A stretch of DNA of 64,000 bases. Source: Azolla caroliniana (lineage: Eukaryota > Plantae > Polypodiophyta). The translations under genes were made by a program, and so were the position numbers. This document shows, piece by piece, positions 40,788 through 51,421 of this stretch (position 1 is the first letter of the stretch; each line of letters begins with the position of its first letter). The notes under the pieces are model-generated. The model saw only the letters and a list, made by a program, of their open reading frames with translations, was not told the DNA's origin and made no database searches. Location: positions 6,758,001 through 6,822,000 of the forward strand of contig JBHGNT010000017.1 in the NCBI GenBank assembly GCA_043228905.1, in the 5' to 3' direction.

Positions 40788-41918
40788 TTGATGAACCACT
40801 TTATCTCCCTCCCAATTCTGCTGTTTGCGAGGTAAAGAAGCGCTTGCCGCGCCCCACACTCTCCCCAGCCCTTCGGGCCTTCGGCCCACATTCGCTGCTT
40901 TTTTGTTGACTTCACAAACGAAGGCTCTAGTCCTGATGTCATCTAAATGCTCATGGGCATGAGTTCTTTGGTGAGGCGGAAACTAAACCATGATAACGCT
41001 TCGGGTAACTCAAGTTGGAGAGCCGTGTGATGGGTGACCATCCCGCACAGTTCAGAGAGCACTTGTGTATGTGATGCGAGTGAAGGTGTGCAACACAGCA
41101 GCAACACAACTGGCATCGAGTAATTTTCAACCCTATCTACATTCCCATGATGGCCTAAGAACACGCTTACCCTTCAACTATAGAGAGACCTTGCAATTGT
41201 GAGGTACCGTTATGAGCTTAATATATATGAGTGTTATTTTGTGAAATAACTTGAATCCCAAATTATTTACCTGCTTTAACTATTTATGTCATGGACGTGG
41301 GAGCATCAACTCTATCTCTGTGGGCTTCTGAAGAGCGAGAAAAACTTTTGGAATCCTATGAAAGGGTCTCGGGAGCTAGGATGTACGCTAGTTATATATG
41401 ACTAGGTGGAGTGGCATAAGATCTGCCTCTGGGCTTGAGTGGAGACACTTTTTCATTCACATAGTAATTTGCTTCTCGTATTGACGAATCAGAGGAAATG
41501 CCGACCAACAACCGTATCTGGAAATAATGATTAGTGGATATCGGTACCGTCACTACATAGTAAGCTTTGGATCGGGGATTCAGTGGTGTAATGTTAAGAG
41601 GTTGTGCAACATGAAGACATCGATAGCAATATGGGGGAGGTTCCCATCGGGCAACGGTTCTGCCTGACCTTGCTCAAGCACGCTTTGACTATAAAGACTT
41701 GGTGTGAAGCCTTGAGGGCAACGTCCCTCAAGATGGGGGCTGGGGTGAGCTGAAGAGGGGACAACGTAAGCAAATGTGTATAAGCCTAGTAAATCATGAC
41801 TAAGGCAAGGCTAGGGCCATCTTCGACTGGTTAGTCTGACGGACCGTGAACGGATTCGCCTTTGGCCTCTGGGCACGTCGAAACCGCATGGGTTCACCGG
41901 GGTAGAGCACAGTCTGCC
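40788..41918 (+). other. nad7: NUMT: mitochondrial nad7 fragment (3' part of a group II intron, one exon, 5' part of the next intron) inserted in the 3' LTR of G
   Basis: Absent from the 5' LTR, where CAAGTAAA occupies the site. Group II domain V GAGCCGTGTGATGGGTGACCATCCCGCACAGTTC at ~41020; intron 3' end ...CCCTAT at 41136; next intron starts GTGC at 41604. Confidence 0.92.
41137..41603 (+). pseudogene. nad7: Unedited nad7 exon (between introns nad7i209 and nad7i676)
   Basis: 467 nt, equal to 676 minus 209. Reads MMA*EHAY...NCEVPL*A*YI*VLFCEIT...[17 protein letters not shown]...NRIWK**LVDIGTVT...GFSGVMLRG. Confidence 0.92.
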
Positions 41919-44524
41919 GAAGACTAGCTCATTGGGTGGACAACCTCTCGTTTCGAAGTTGAGGTTGTGGGTTCAAATCAAGGGTCGGTAGAGAATGTGT
42001 TCAATTTGCGATCAAGGATTGTAAAGTTGGTTAAATATTGTCTTTTTAATATACATCATGTTTATATCAAATACTCTTGCTTCTTGAATCATACTTTGTC
42101 TCAATCTTCCTTCTTAAAGCATACTTTGTCTCTATCTTGCTTCTTGAATCATACATCGTCTTCTATCTATTCTCGTCTCTCTCTCTCTCTCTCACACACA
42201 TTACTTGTAATTCTTCTTGTTGCTATTCTTAACCTTTCTAACATCACCATACAAGCCTTATTAAAATTTAAGTTCCTTCAACTCCCCTTAACCTTCGTCC
42301 TTGCGACTTCGCCACACGAACCACAACTACCTCGACAACTCTTGCATCGTTGTCCCGAGATCTCATCATTTGTTCGACGATTACCATCATCCTTTCAAAG
42401 TCTCCCACTTGATTGCTTGAGGATGGCATCTCCAAGTATCGGTCGATCCTCATCTTGATACTTCCTACCGCTTTTTCATGTTGGGTTCACCAAGAAAGAT
42501 GTCGAGGAAATCCTCGCGTGTTCGCGAAATGAAGTGGAACCACTGGGGTCCTGAACCGGAAGGATTCGAAGTTTGTATTAGCTTTAGCGAGAAATTTTTT
42601 AAGATAGATTGAGGGAGATTGAAAGACGAAGATTCCAATTCTCAAACAGATTAAGAGAGAGAGAGAGAGATTGAACACTTGATTTCAATTTTGAGAGACA
42701 AGATACATCACCAACAAGATAACTAGATTTTATTATTGTTTTCTTGATTCAATACATAGCCTCCCCTTGATTCTTTTTCCTCCAGTTTTTTATAGATGCC
42801 CCCATGCATGTCTGGATGCAAGACATGCATACAATGCATGTGATGCATGTTTGCTACTTGGCGCTCATGCATTACATGTGATGCATGATGTCCATGGCAC
42901 TCATCAAAGCTCTCATGTATGAGAATTTACATGTGAAGAACATAATGAAAAATACAACTTTTAAAAAAATGACTTGGCTTAGTGGTAAGTCAATTGTGTT
43001 ATGTAAGATTGTCCCTCCTTGTGGGGGAGTTGACTGAAAAGCCGAAACGAGAGTCGGTTGGCCGAAATCGACCGAAAAGCTGAAATGGGATTCGGTCAAA
43101 TGGAAGTTGGCCGAATAAAAGCTTGAACAAATACACACACACATATATATACATAGGCATATGTATATGTGAGATAAGTTAGTATATATATAGAGAGAGT
43201 CGTATTAGTTGCATATATATGTGGGATAACTCACTAAGAAAAAACAGTGAGAGAAGCAAGAAAGTGAACCCTTCTTGGTTTTCTCCTTTCCATGTGATTT
43301 TTACACTGTTGCCGAAAATCTTCACGACAACGTGGTTACTGGATTCCGGTACCACATTCCACGTGACCCCTAATATTGAATGGTTTTCGAACTATTCAGT
43401 CGACGCCAGTGACACAGTCCGACTAGGCAATGGGCAGGAGTGCAGAATCGTCGGGACCAAAGAGGTTCCTATCCGATTTTCCAATGGCAACATGATCACC
43501 CTGCACCAAGTCCGGCACGTACCTGATCTGAAAAGGAGTCTGGTCTCCATCGGCATGTTAGCCGAAGATGGGTACCGAACGACTCTCAGTGAGTCAACAT
43601 GGATGATCAGCCATGGAAATCTGAAGATTGGAAGTGGGCACAAGTACAACAACTTGTACTGAATGATGACGATCAATCCAGAAGGGGTCGTGAATGTAGC
43701 TAAAAAGACTGACCCAAACATATGGCATGGCCGACTCGACCACATGTCTCAAGCCGGACTCGATCGGTTGATAGCGGTCGGCTACGTCCCTAAACTCCAA
43801 GCAAAGACGGACTTTTGCAAGCATTGTGGATACGGGAAACAGACCCGAAGTCCACACTCTCTCCACTACGAGATGGTACGACAACCCCTAGAGCTCGTGC
43901 TAGAGCGATCACTAGGAGGCTCCCAGTACTTCATCACATTTGTAGATGACTGTACACGGAAGGTCTAGGCCTACTCCATTAGGTCCAAAGATGAAGCGCT
44001 CGCGGTCTTCACTCTGTGGACATCTGAAGTGGAGATCCGATGGGGATATAGAGTAAAGACACTGTTATTGCTAGGGCCGGACAACAGCCTAACACAGGGT
44101 GTCCACTTAAGACACATCACCAAAGGGTGGTACGGCAGAATGACTTACGACACAACGCTTAATTAGACCTTAATCGATTACTTAGCCATCCGTAATTAAC
44201 ACGCGTAAGATATAACAATGAATACAGAATGGTAATCAACACTGGAAGATTAAGACAATAAGCTTTATTAATTATCCGCTCCTGATTACATTGTAATCGG
44301 GCCTTTATATAGGTCTCCGGTACGAAATACAAAACGGTGCCAACCAGCACCTTTACGGGATCGTTCCGGATCCGGATCGGCATACCGATTCCGGTCCGTC
44401 CGTCCACATCTTCTTATATAATAATATATATATTAAGACTACTAATTACAATAGTTCCCGAATAACTATTCCTTTCACACTCTGGTTTGGACCTCCTTAA
44501 GCCTTCTTGTCGGCCGGTAACACA

Positions 44525-44568
44525 TGGCACGCCCGTGGGACAGTACCTTGTACGTCGAACCCACTATC
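44525..44568 (-). promoter_or_regulatory. tRNA-Arg(UCU)-like 3' motif at the PPT position of element I (reads as an inverted second PBS)
   Basis: Element-sense GATAGTGGGTTCGA[CGTACAAGGTACT]GTCCCACGGGCGTGCCA-TG-LTR. Confidence 0.8.
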
Positions 44569-45419
44569 CGGCCCTTTTACGCTTTGTCCAAAATGTCCAG
44601 AATGCTTTGCTCCAAAATTTCCAATGGCTCGTTGGGAATCTGTTGTTGCTGTTGTGGCTGCTGTTGTTGTTCCGTTTGTGGCTGTGGCTACTGCTTCTTT
44701 GTGGCGGTGGCTCCATTTGTTGCTCTGGCACCGACGTTTCCATCGTTGGTTCCTCCGTTGGAGTTGTCTGTGGCTGACTGACCCCGGCCTGTTCCCCCTC
44801 CGGTCTTTGCACCGGCGACGGTTCCTCATCACTAAGGTTGACCGTTGCCGCCTTTCACGCTTTTTCTTCCTAGAGTCGGGACTGCTCATAGCTTTCGAAC
44901 TGGATTTGAGCCTCCAGCCGATCGTCGTCCAGTTGAGCTACGAGCTACCGGACCTGCACCAATTGTTTGTCGGGAACTGGACGTTCCTTATGCGCAAGAC
45001 TCGGCCACAACAGAGATTCTCTTCATACACAGAAAAACAGGTAATGAAACGTGACACAAAGAAGAAAATGGTACACAGGAGGTTTACGTGGAAAACCCCA
45101 AACTAGGGGAAAAAACCACAGCAACCCACAGGCTGCAAACTGTCACTATGTATGAATGTACAAAACAGTGAGTTCACGGAGGCAACGACCTCGGACTCAC
45201 GATCTTCGCCACAGGCGGCGGTTACAACAGAGGCAACGACCTCTTTCTCTCTCTCTCTCTGTACAACGTTACGTACTGTCTCTTCTTCTTGCACCAACAA
45301 GAAAAATAACAACAACCTCTATTAGTTTGCCCTAAGTCATATTTATACTAATATGACTTTTCGTCTATTTACAAATATAGCCACAATGGGCTCTCAGAAA
45401 CATATTTACGAATATGTCT

Positions 45420-45690
45420 CTTCCTCTGGTTCATACCTGGTCTGCACCATCCGGCTCTCCGTAACCGGGTACTCCTCATCCGGTTCATACCGGGCCTGCA
45501 CCATCCGGCTCTCCGTAGCCGGGTACTCCTCATCCGGTTCATGCCGGGTCTGCACCATCCGGCTCTCCGTAACCGGGTACTCCTCATCCGGTTCATACCG
45601 GGCCTGCACCATCCGGCTCTCCGTAGCCGGGTACTCCTCATCCGGTTCATACCGGGCCTGCACCATCCGGCTCTCCGTAGCCGGGGTCCT
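45420..45690. repeat. 54-bp CCGG-rich tandem repeat in U3 of K (5 units in the 3' LTR, 4 units at ~50290-50505 in the 5' LTR)
   Basis: Unit TCCGGTTCATACCGGGCCTGCACCATCCGGCTCTCCGTAGCCGGGTACTCCTCA. LTR lengths are 807 vs 754 bp. Confidence 0.92.
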
Positions 45691-45989
45691 CCTCATACGG
45701 TTTCGGCCTCGGCCGAGTTTGTTCATCGTCACTGATCTTCCCCCTTCCCATCCGGAGGGACCTGTCTCCCAACAAACTCCCCCTTCACTTCGGCATGGGG
45801 TGTCTTACCAGTCTGATCCTCTTCTGGCATGCGTCCAGCTTGTCGGGTGTCAGCACTTTGGTCATCATATCTGACCCGTTCTCGGCCGTGTGGATCTTCG
45901 TCAATGCGAACTCCTAGTCATCTACTCTTTCCCGGATCCAGTGATACCTCCGCTGGATATGCTTCGTCCGGGAATGGTAGGCCGCATTC

Positions 45990-48623
45990 TCAGCAAGGTG
46001 GATGGCACTTTGACTGTTGCAGTGGAGTCAGTATTCCTCTTGCCGGATACCGAGCTCTCCGATGAAGTCCTTCATCCATAATATTTCCTTGCCGGCTTCC
46101 ACAGCCGCCATGTACTCCGCCTCTGTGGTTGACAATGCAACCGTCTTCTGCAACCTCGACTGTCATCACATACCCGGATGTAGACCGGCTGGTATCCACA
46201 TCAGTCGACATGTCCGAATCGGTGAAACCGTCCAGTTGAGGTTTTCCGGAGCCGAATCGGAGACACATATTTGAAGTGCCCTTCAAATACCGGAGTATCC
46301 ATTTGACCACGTTCCAGTGCTCCTTGCCGGGATTGCTCATAAACCGGCTCACCATTCCGACTGCGTATCCTATGTCCGGTCGGGTACACACCATTGCGTA
46401 CATCAAGCTCCCGACTGCAGAGGCATATGGAATCTTCATCATATCTGCCTTCTCTGCTTTCGTCTTCGGGCTTTGCTTACCGGATAGCCTGCAGTTTGCC
46501 GGAAGTGTCGATCCGACCGGTTTCGCTTCTGACATGTTGAACCGGTGAAGCACCTTTGTCACATACTTCTCCTGTGACAACCATAATTGCTTCACTGACC
46601 GGTCCCGAATGATGTGCATCCCCAGCATCTGTCTTGCCGGACCCAAGTCTTTCATTGAGAAGGTCCGGTTGAGAGCCTTCTTCAGCATCCGTATTTTGAC
46701 TTGGTCCCGTCCGACGATCAACATGTCATCCATGTACAGGAGGAGTATCAAGAAGTCGCCTCCTTCGAACTTCTTCACAAACACACAGTGATCGGCCTGC
46801 GTCTTGTGGTACCCTTGATCGGTCATGAAGGAGTCGAACTTCCGGTACCATTGCCGGGGAGCCTGCTTCAGTCCGTACAGGCTCTTCTTCAACCGGCATA
46901 CTAGGTGCTCCTTCCCTTTCTCCACAAATCCTTCCGGTTGCTGCATGTAGATCTCCTCTTCGAGGTCGCCGTGAAGGAATGCCGTCTTCACGTCCAGCTG
47001 CTCTACCTCAAGGTCCATGCTTGCTGCTATACTCAGCACCGTCCGGATGGAGGTCATCTTTACTACCGGGGCAAATATCTCGTCGAAGTCCACGGCCTTC
47101 TTCTGCTGGAACCCCTTCACCACGATCCTGGCTTTGTATCTCGGGGGATTGCCGACATCTCCCGGTTTCAACTTGTACACCCACTTGTTTCGGAGTGCCC
47201 GCTTTCCTTTCGACAACTCCACCAATTCGTATGTATGGTTCTCATGCAGGGAATCCATCTCGTCCTGCATGGCACTCAACCATTTTCGGCTGTGGGTGTC
47301 TTCCTTCGCTTCTTCGAAGCTTTCCGGCTCCCCCTCATCGGTCAGCAGAACATGCTCTGCATCCGGAAATCTCTGGGGGGGCCTTCTCTCTCTGAGAGGA
47401 TATCTCCGTCTCTGGGCTTCGGTGACCGGCTCTTCCATTTGCTCTTCATCCGAATCCGATTCGGGGTCTTGGCCGGTTCCGGTCTCAGCTTCCTCTACTT
47501 CTTCTTCTGCCGGTTCGGTATCCTCACCGTAACCGGCTGGTTCCTCGAGTGCTAACCGGTCTCTTGCCGGTTGGGTCTGCTCATCGTAGAGTCTATCCTT
47601 ACCGGTCGACTCGGAGTTCATTATCTTCTTCTCCGACTCCCAGTCGGCGAGCGTCTTGTCCTCCATGAAGATAATATCTCGACTCCGGAATACCTTCTTG
47701 TCGACCGGGTCCCACACTCGGTAGCCGAACTCATCGTCACCGTAACCGAGGAATATGCATGGCCGGGTCTTTGGATCTAACTTTCCTCTCCGGTCCTTTG
47801 CTACATGCACGTACGCAAGACACCCGAACACCCTCAGATGCCGGTAGGACACTTCCTTACCGGTCCATACTCTCTGTGGCGTGTCTCCATCCAAGGGTAC
47901 TGAGGGTGATCTATTTATCACGTATGTCGCAGTCGACAGTGCCTCAGCCCAGAACTTCTTGGGTAGTTTTGCATGCGCTAGCATACTCCGGACCCTCTCC
48001 ATTATGGTCCGGTTCATCCGCTCGGCCAGTCTGTTTAGTTCCGACGTCTTCGGCACGGTAAATTCGAGCCGGATTCCCTTCGAGCGGCAGTACTCCTCGA
48101 ACTGCCCCCGGTATTCTCCTCCGTTATCTGCTCGAACCGCCTTCAGCTTCCGGCCGGTTTCTCTTTCCACTCTCGCGTGGAGCTCTTTGAAGACGGATAA
48201 CACCTGATCCTTCATCTTCAACGGTGTGGCCCACAGCTTCCGGCTGTGGTCATCTATGAACGTCACGAAGTACTGCGCTCCGGCATGTGACTTCGTGTCT
48301 ACCTGACACACATCCGTATGCACCAACTCCAATGGTGCAATACGTCTCATCGATGGCCTTGGTCGGAAGGAGGTCCGGTTCTGCTTACCGGCCAGACAAT
48401 CAGTGCACTTCTCTAAGTGCACGTTCTTCACTGGAATGAGGTTGTCGTTTGCAAGCCTCTTCATCCCCTTCTCACTCATGTGACACAGCCTCTTGTGCCA
48501 CAGCTCATCGACAGTGTCGGATGCCACGTTCACTTCTTCCGGGCATAATCGGGCATTCATCAGGTACAACGTGTTTACCTTCCGGGCCCGAGCCACAATC
48601 AGGCTCCCTTTGCTGAACTTCAT
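45990..48623 (-). CDS. K integrase-RT-RNase H (RNase H disrupted near 46170)
   Basis: LWHKRLCH, LELVHTDVC, RADNGGEY, YKARIVVKGF, LLYMDDML, DGFTDSDM. Confidence 0.92.
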   Translation of the reverse strand: MKFSKGSLIVARARKVNTLYLMNARLCPEEVNVASDTVDELWHKRLCHMSEKGMKRLANDNLIPVKNVHLEKCTDCLAGKQNRTSFRPRPSMRRIAPLELVHTDVCQVDTKSHAGAQYFVTFIDDHSRKLWATPLKMKDQVLSVFKELHARVERETGRKLKAVRADNGGEYRGQFEEYCRSKGIRLEFTVPKTSELNRLAERMNRTIMERVRSMLAHAKLPKKFWAEALSTATYVINRSPSVPLDGDTPQRVWTGKEVSYRHLRVFGCLAYVHVAKDRRGKLDPKTRPCIFLGYGDDEFGYRVWDPVDKKVFRSRDIIFMEDKTLADWESEKKIMNSESTGKDRLYDEQTQPARDRLALEEPAGYGEDTEPAEEEVEEAETGTGQDPESDSDEEQMEEPVTEAQRRRYPLRERRPPQRFPDAEHVLLTDEGEPESFEEAKEDTHSRKWLSAMQDEMDSLHENHTYELVELSKGKRALRNKWVYKLKPGDVGNPPRYKARIVVKGFQQKKAVDFDEIFAPVVKMTSIRTVLSIAASMDLEVEQLDVKTAFLHGDLEEEIYMQQPEGFVEKGKEHLVCRLKKSLYGLKQAPRQWYRKFDSFMTDQGYHKTQADHCVFVKKFEGGDFLILLLYMDDMLIVGRDQVKIRMLKKALNRTFSMKDLGPARQMLGMHIIRDRSVKQLWLSQEKYVTKVLHRFNMSEAKPVGSTLPANCRLSGKQSPKTKAEKADMMKIPYASAVGSLMYAMVCTRPDIGYAVGMVSRFMSNPGKEHWNVVKWILRYLKGTSNMCLRFGSGKPQLDGFTDSDMSTDVDTSRSTSGYVMTVEVAEDGCIVNHRGGVHGGCGSRQGNIMDEGLHRRARYPARGILTPLQQSKCHPPC

Positions 48624-48707
48624 GACACCGTTCCGGATGCTACCCGTGTAACCTTCATCATCTAGCCGATCGGCTGATATCAGGTTCAGACGAACTTTCG
48701 GAACGTG

Positions 48708-49805
48708 TCAGACATCCTTCAGCAGCAACTTGCATCCGGTTGGTGTTGTCAGCCACACGTCTCCCATGCCGACCATTCGGCATGTACCTTCATTCCCCAT
48801 CCGGACACAGCCGTGATCACCGGCTGAGTAGGATGAGAAGCATTTCCGGTCCGGGGTAAGGTGGAACGACGCTCCGGAGTCTACCACCCAGGTCATCTCG
48901 TCGCCGGCAAGGTTTACCTCACACTCCTCGGTGATGAGCATCAACTCTTCTTCACTTGCCGCGATTGCCGTCGTTGCCTTCCGGTTCGTCCCCTTCCGGT
49001 CTTTACCGTTCCGGTCCGGGGTCTGCTTCGAATCGGTACCGTCGGTTTCCTTGTCTTTACGGAAATGCCGACAGTTCTTTTGGAAGTGTCCCGGCTTGCC
49101 GCAATAGAAGCAAGTAGGCCTCTCCCTTGACTTTGACCGTGTCCCCGACTTCTCCCGGTTCTGGGGACTACGGTTTCTATGTCTTCCGCGTTCTGATTCG
49201 GTAAGAAGCGCTTTGGAGTCGGAGCTCGTATCTTTGTCTTTCCGACGCGCCTCCTCATCTAGCAAGCTCGACTTTACTCTTGCTAGAGATAACCGTTTTC
49301 CTTCTGGCCCGGCGTTGCCCAAAGTGACAACCAACGTCTCCCAGCTATCCGGGAGGGAGCCGAGCAGGAGTAACGCTAGTACCTCATCGGCAAGAGGTAC
49401 TTCCAATGACGTTGCCTGGTGTATCAGCCCCTGGAAGGCATTCATATGCTCCGCCATGCTGGAGCCATCTTGGTACCGGAGTCTTACTAGCTTCCGGAAT
49501 ACCGACACCTGATTGACAACATTTTTGTTCTGGAACATTATGCAGATCTTCTCCCAGAGCTCATGAGCCTTGCTCTCTTCATTGAAGTTGTTGTATAGGC
49601 TCATGTCGATGAAGCACCGTATGTACGCCGTTGTCTTCATGTGCATCACCTCCCATATCGCGGCGTCGATTTTGTCTGGTCTCTTGTCCCCGAACTGAAC
49701 CGGCAGCCAGAGGTCTTTAACAACGAGCATGTTCCTCATCTTCGACTTCCACACAGAATAGTTGGAGCCGGTGAGCTTGAACATGCTGCCAAACGATTCG
49801 TCCAT
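48708..49805 (-). CDS. K gag-protease (frameshift near 48710)
   Basis: KLTGSNYSVWK, LLLGSLPDSW, CFYCGKPGHFQKNC, WVVDSGAS. Confidence 0.9.
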   Translation of the reverse strand: MDESFGSMFKLTGSNYSVWKSKMRNMLVVKDLWLPVQFGDKRPDKIDAAIWEVMHMKTTAYIRCFIDMSLYNNFNEESKAHELWEKICIMFQNKNVVNQVSVFRKLVRLRYQDGSSMAEHMNAFQGLIHQATSLEVPLADEVLALLLLGSLPDSWETLVVTLGNAGPEGKRLSLARVKSSLLDEEARRKDKDTSSDSKALLTESERGRHRNRSPQNREKSGTRSKSRERPTCFYCGKPGHFQKNCRHFRKDKETDGTDSKQTPDRNGKDRKGTNRKATTAIAASEEELMLITEECEVNLAGDEMTWVVDSGASFHLTPDRKCFSSYSAGDHGCVRMGNEGTCRMVGMGDVWLTTPTGCKLLLKDV

Positions 49806-51421
49806 TTTCTGTGTCGATTATGCTCTGATACCACTTGTCGGACCTTGGACGTTCCTTATGCGCAAGACTCGGCCACAACCGAGATTCTCTTCATACACAG
49901 AAAAACAGGTAATGAAACGCGACACAAAGAAGAGAAATGGTACACAGGAGGTTTACGTGGAAAACCCCAAACTAGGGGAAAAAACCACGGCAGCCCACAG
50001 GCTGCAAACTGTCACTATGTATGAATGTACAAAACAGTGAGTTCATGGAAGCAACGACCTCGGACTCACGATCTTCGCCACAGGCGACGGTTACAACAGA
50101 GGCAACGACCTCTTTCTCTCTCTCTCTCTGTACAACGTTACGTACTGTCTCTTCTTCTTGCACCAACAAGAAAAATAACAACAACCTCTATTAGTTTGCC
50201 CTAAGTCATATTTATACTAATATGACTTTTCGGCTATTTACAAATATAGCCACAATGGGCTCTCAGAAACATATTTACGAATATGTCTCTTCCTCCGGTT
50301 CATACCGGGTCTGCACCATCCGGCTCTCCGTAACCGGGTACTCCTCATCCGGTTCATACCGGGCCTGCACCATCCGGCTCTCCGTAGCCGGGTACTCCTC
50401 ATCCGGTTCATGCCGGGTCTGCACCATCCGGCTCTCCGTAACCGGGTACTCCTCATCCGGTTCATACCGGGCCTGCACCATCCGGCTCTCCGTAGCCGGG
50501 GTCCTCCTCATACGGTTTCGGCCTCGGCCGAGTTTGTTCATCGTCACTGATCTTCCTCCTTCCCATTCGGAGGGACCTGTCTCCCAACATTGTTCATCCG
50601 CAAGGGCTGTGAAATCTTCTGCCAGCTCATCCCTTATGGCGGTGAAGTCCTCCAAGGTTAGCGTATAACAGTCGTTGCCCTCCTTTCACCGGTTTTTCAC
50701 GTCGACCCTAAGCAATTGGAGTTCCGTCGTATTCTGCGCCCATTTCGCCTACCAACGCACCGAGCTGTCATCAATCAAGCTTTTGGTCTTAGTGAGCCAT
50801 GACCGGAGGATGCACTAGATCCGTTCGGCTCCCATCTATGATTTATTTTCTGTGGCTTGTCGCTCTTCCTTCAATTGCTTGATGATCCGAACCGTGTCCG
50901 CCTCCTGCTCCCTATAATGCGACAATTGATTTTGATAGGTTGTTTGCAACCTCTGTAATACCATTGTCGCCCTTTCCTTGTCTTGATGGTTCTGTTTGTG
51001 GAGCTCCATCCGGTCATTCGCCGCTTCCTCCAATAGCCTGGAACTTTCCGCTCGTTCTTCGGCGAGTGCCGTTGTGGCCCTATCAACTTCTTGCTAGAGC
51101 TCGGCCATCCGTTCCTGTTGTTGCTTATGCTCCGTCTCCAGCTGCTTGTAGTCCCGATGCAGATGATCGAAATCATCGGTCTTCTGCTTCAGCCTTTGGT
51201 TGATCTGACGGCGCGCGCGGTCCTCCCGGTCCTTCTGTTGCTGGAGCTCTTCCTTCAGCCTCTCGATTTCCGTTTCCGCCATCCGTCGCTGCTTGTCTTT
51301 TTCCTGCAACAATTTCTCTTTTTCCTCCTTCAGCCGGTCGTAAGCATGATGTCGTTTACGCAGGTTTTCCTCTGCCCGGCGAAGGTTATCAGCAGTCTTT
51401 CTTAATTAATTCTTCTCCGGC

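Larger units (their letters stand above)
33831..42337 (+). mobile_element. Gypsy element G (same clade as F): 5' LTR 33831-34759, Trp PBS 34764-34780, 3' LTR 40303-42337 (interrupted by the NUMT)
   Basis: Homologous LTRs; TSD ACGC/ACTC; PBS TGGTGAACCCGACGTGA complementary to the plant tRNA-Trp 3' end; PPT AGAGGGGGTGAG. Confidence 0.93.
26768..43329 (-). mobile_element. Gypsy element F (non-chromovirus, tRNA-Trp PBS): 5' LTR 42500-43329, PBS 42476-42492, 3' LTR 26768-27649, degenerate gag-pro-pol
   Basis: Homologous LTRs; perfect 4-bp TSD ACGT; PBS TGGTGAACCCAACATGA; IDHGSEINL protease; DLYLGYDQF, LPQGATN and PFLDD RT motifs; integrase and FGPY domain; PPT GGTGGGGGTGGA. Confidence 0.92.
44968..50589 (-). 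mobile_element. Copia element K (Tork/Tnt1-like), near-intact: 5' LTR 49836-50589, iMet PBS 49822-49833, 3' LTR 44968-45774
   Basis: TSD TTGTT; PBS TGGTATCAGAGC; PPT GAAGGGGGAG; highly similar LTRs. Confidence 0.96.

Noticed and set aside
41137-41603. Functional nuclear nad7 transfer
   Set aside because: A single unedited exon with stops and partial group II introns, and no targeting peptide.
44525-44541. Reading element I as a plus-strand element with this motif as its only PBS
   Set aside because: Gag, protease, TATA box and polyA signal are all on the minus strand, and the opposite end is also a tRNA-complementary site rather than a PPT.
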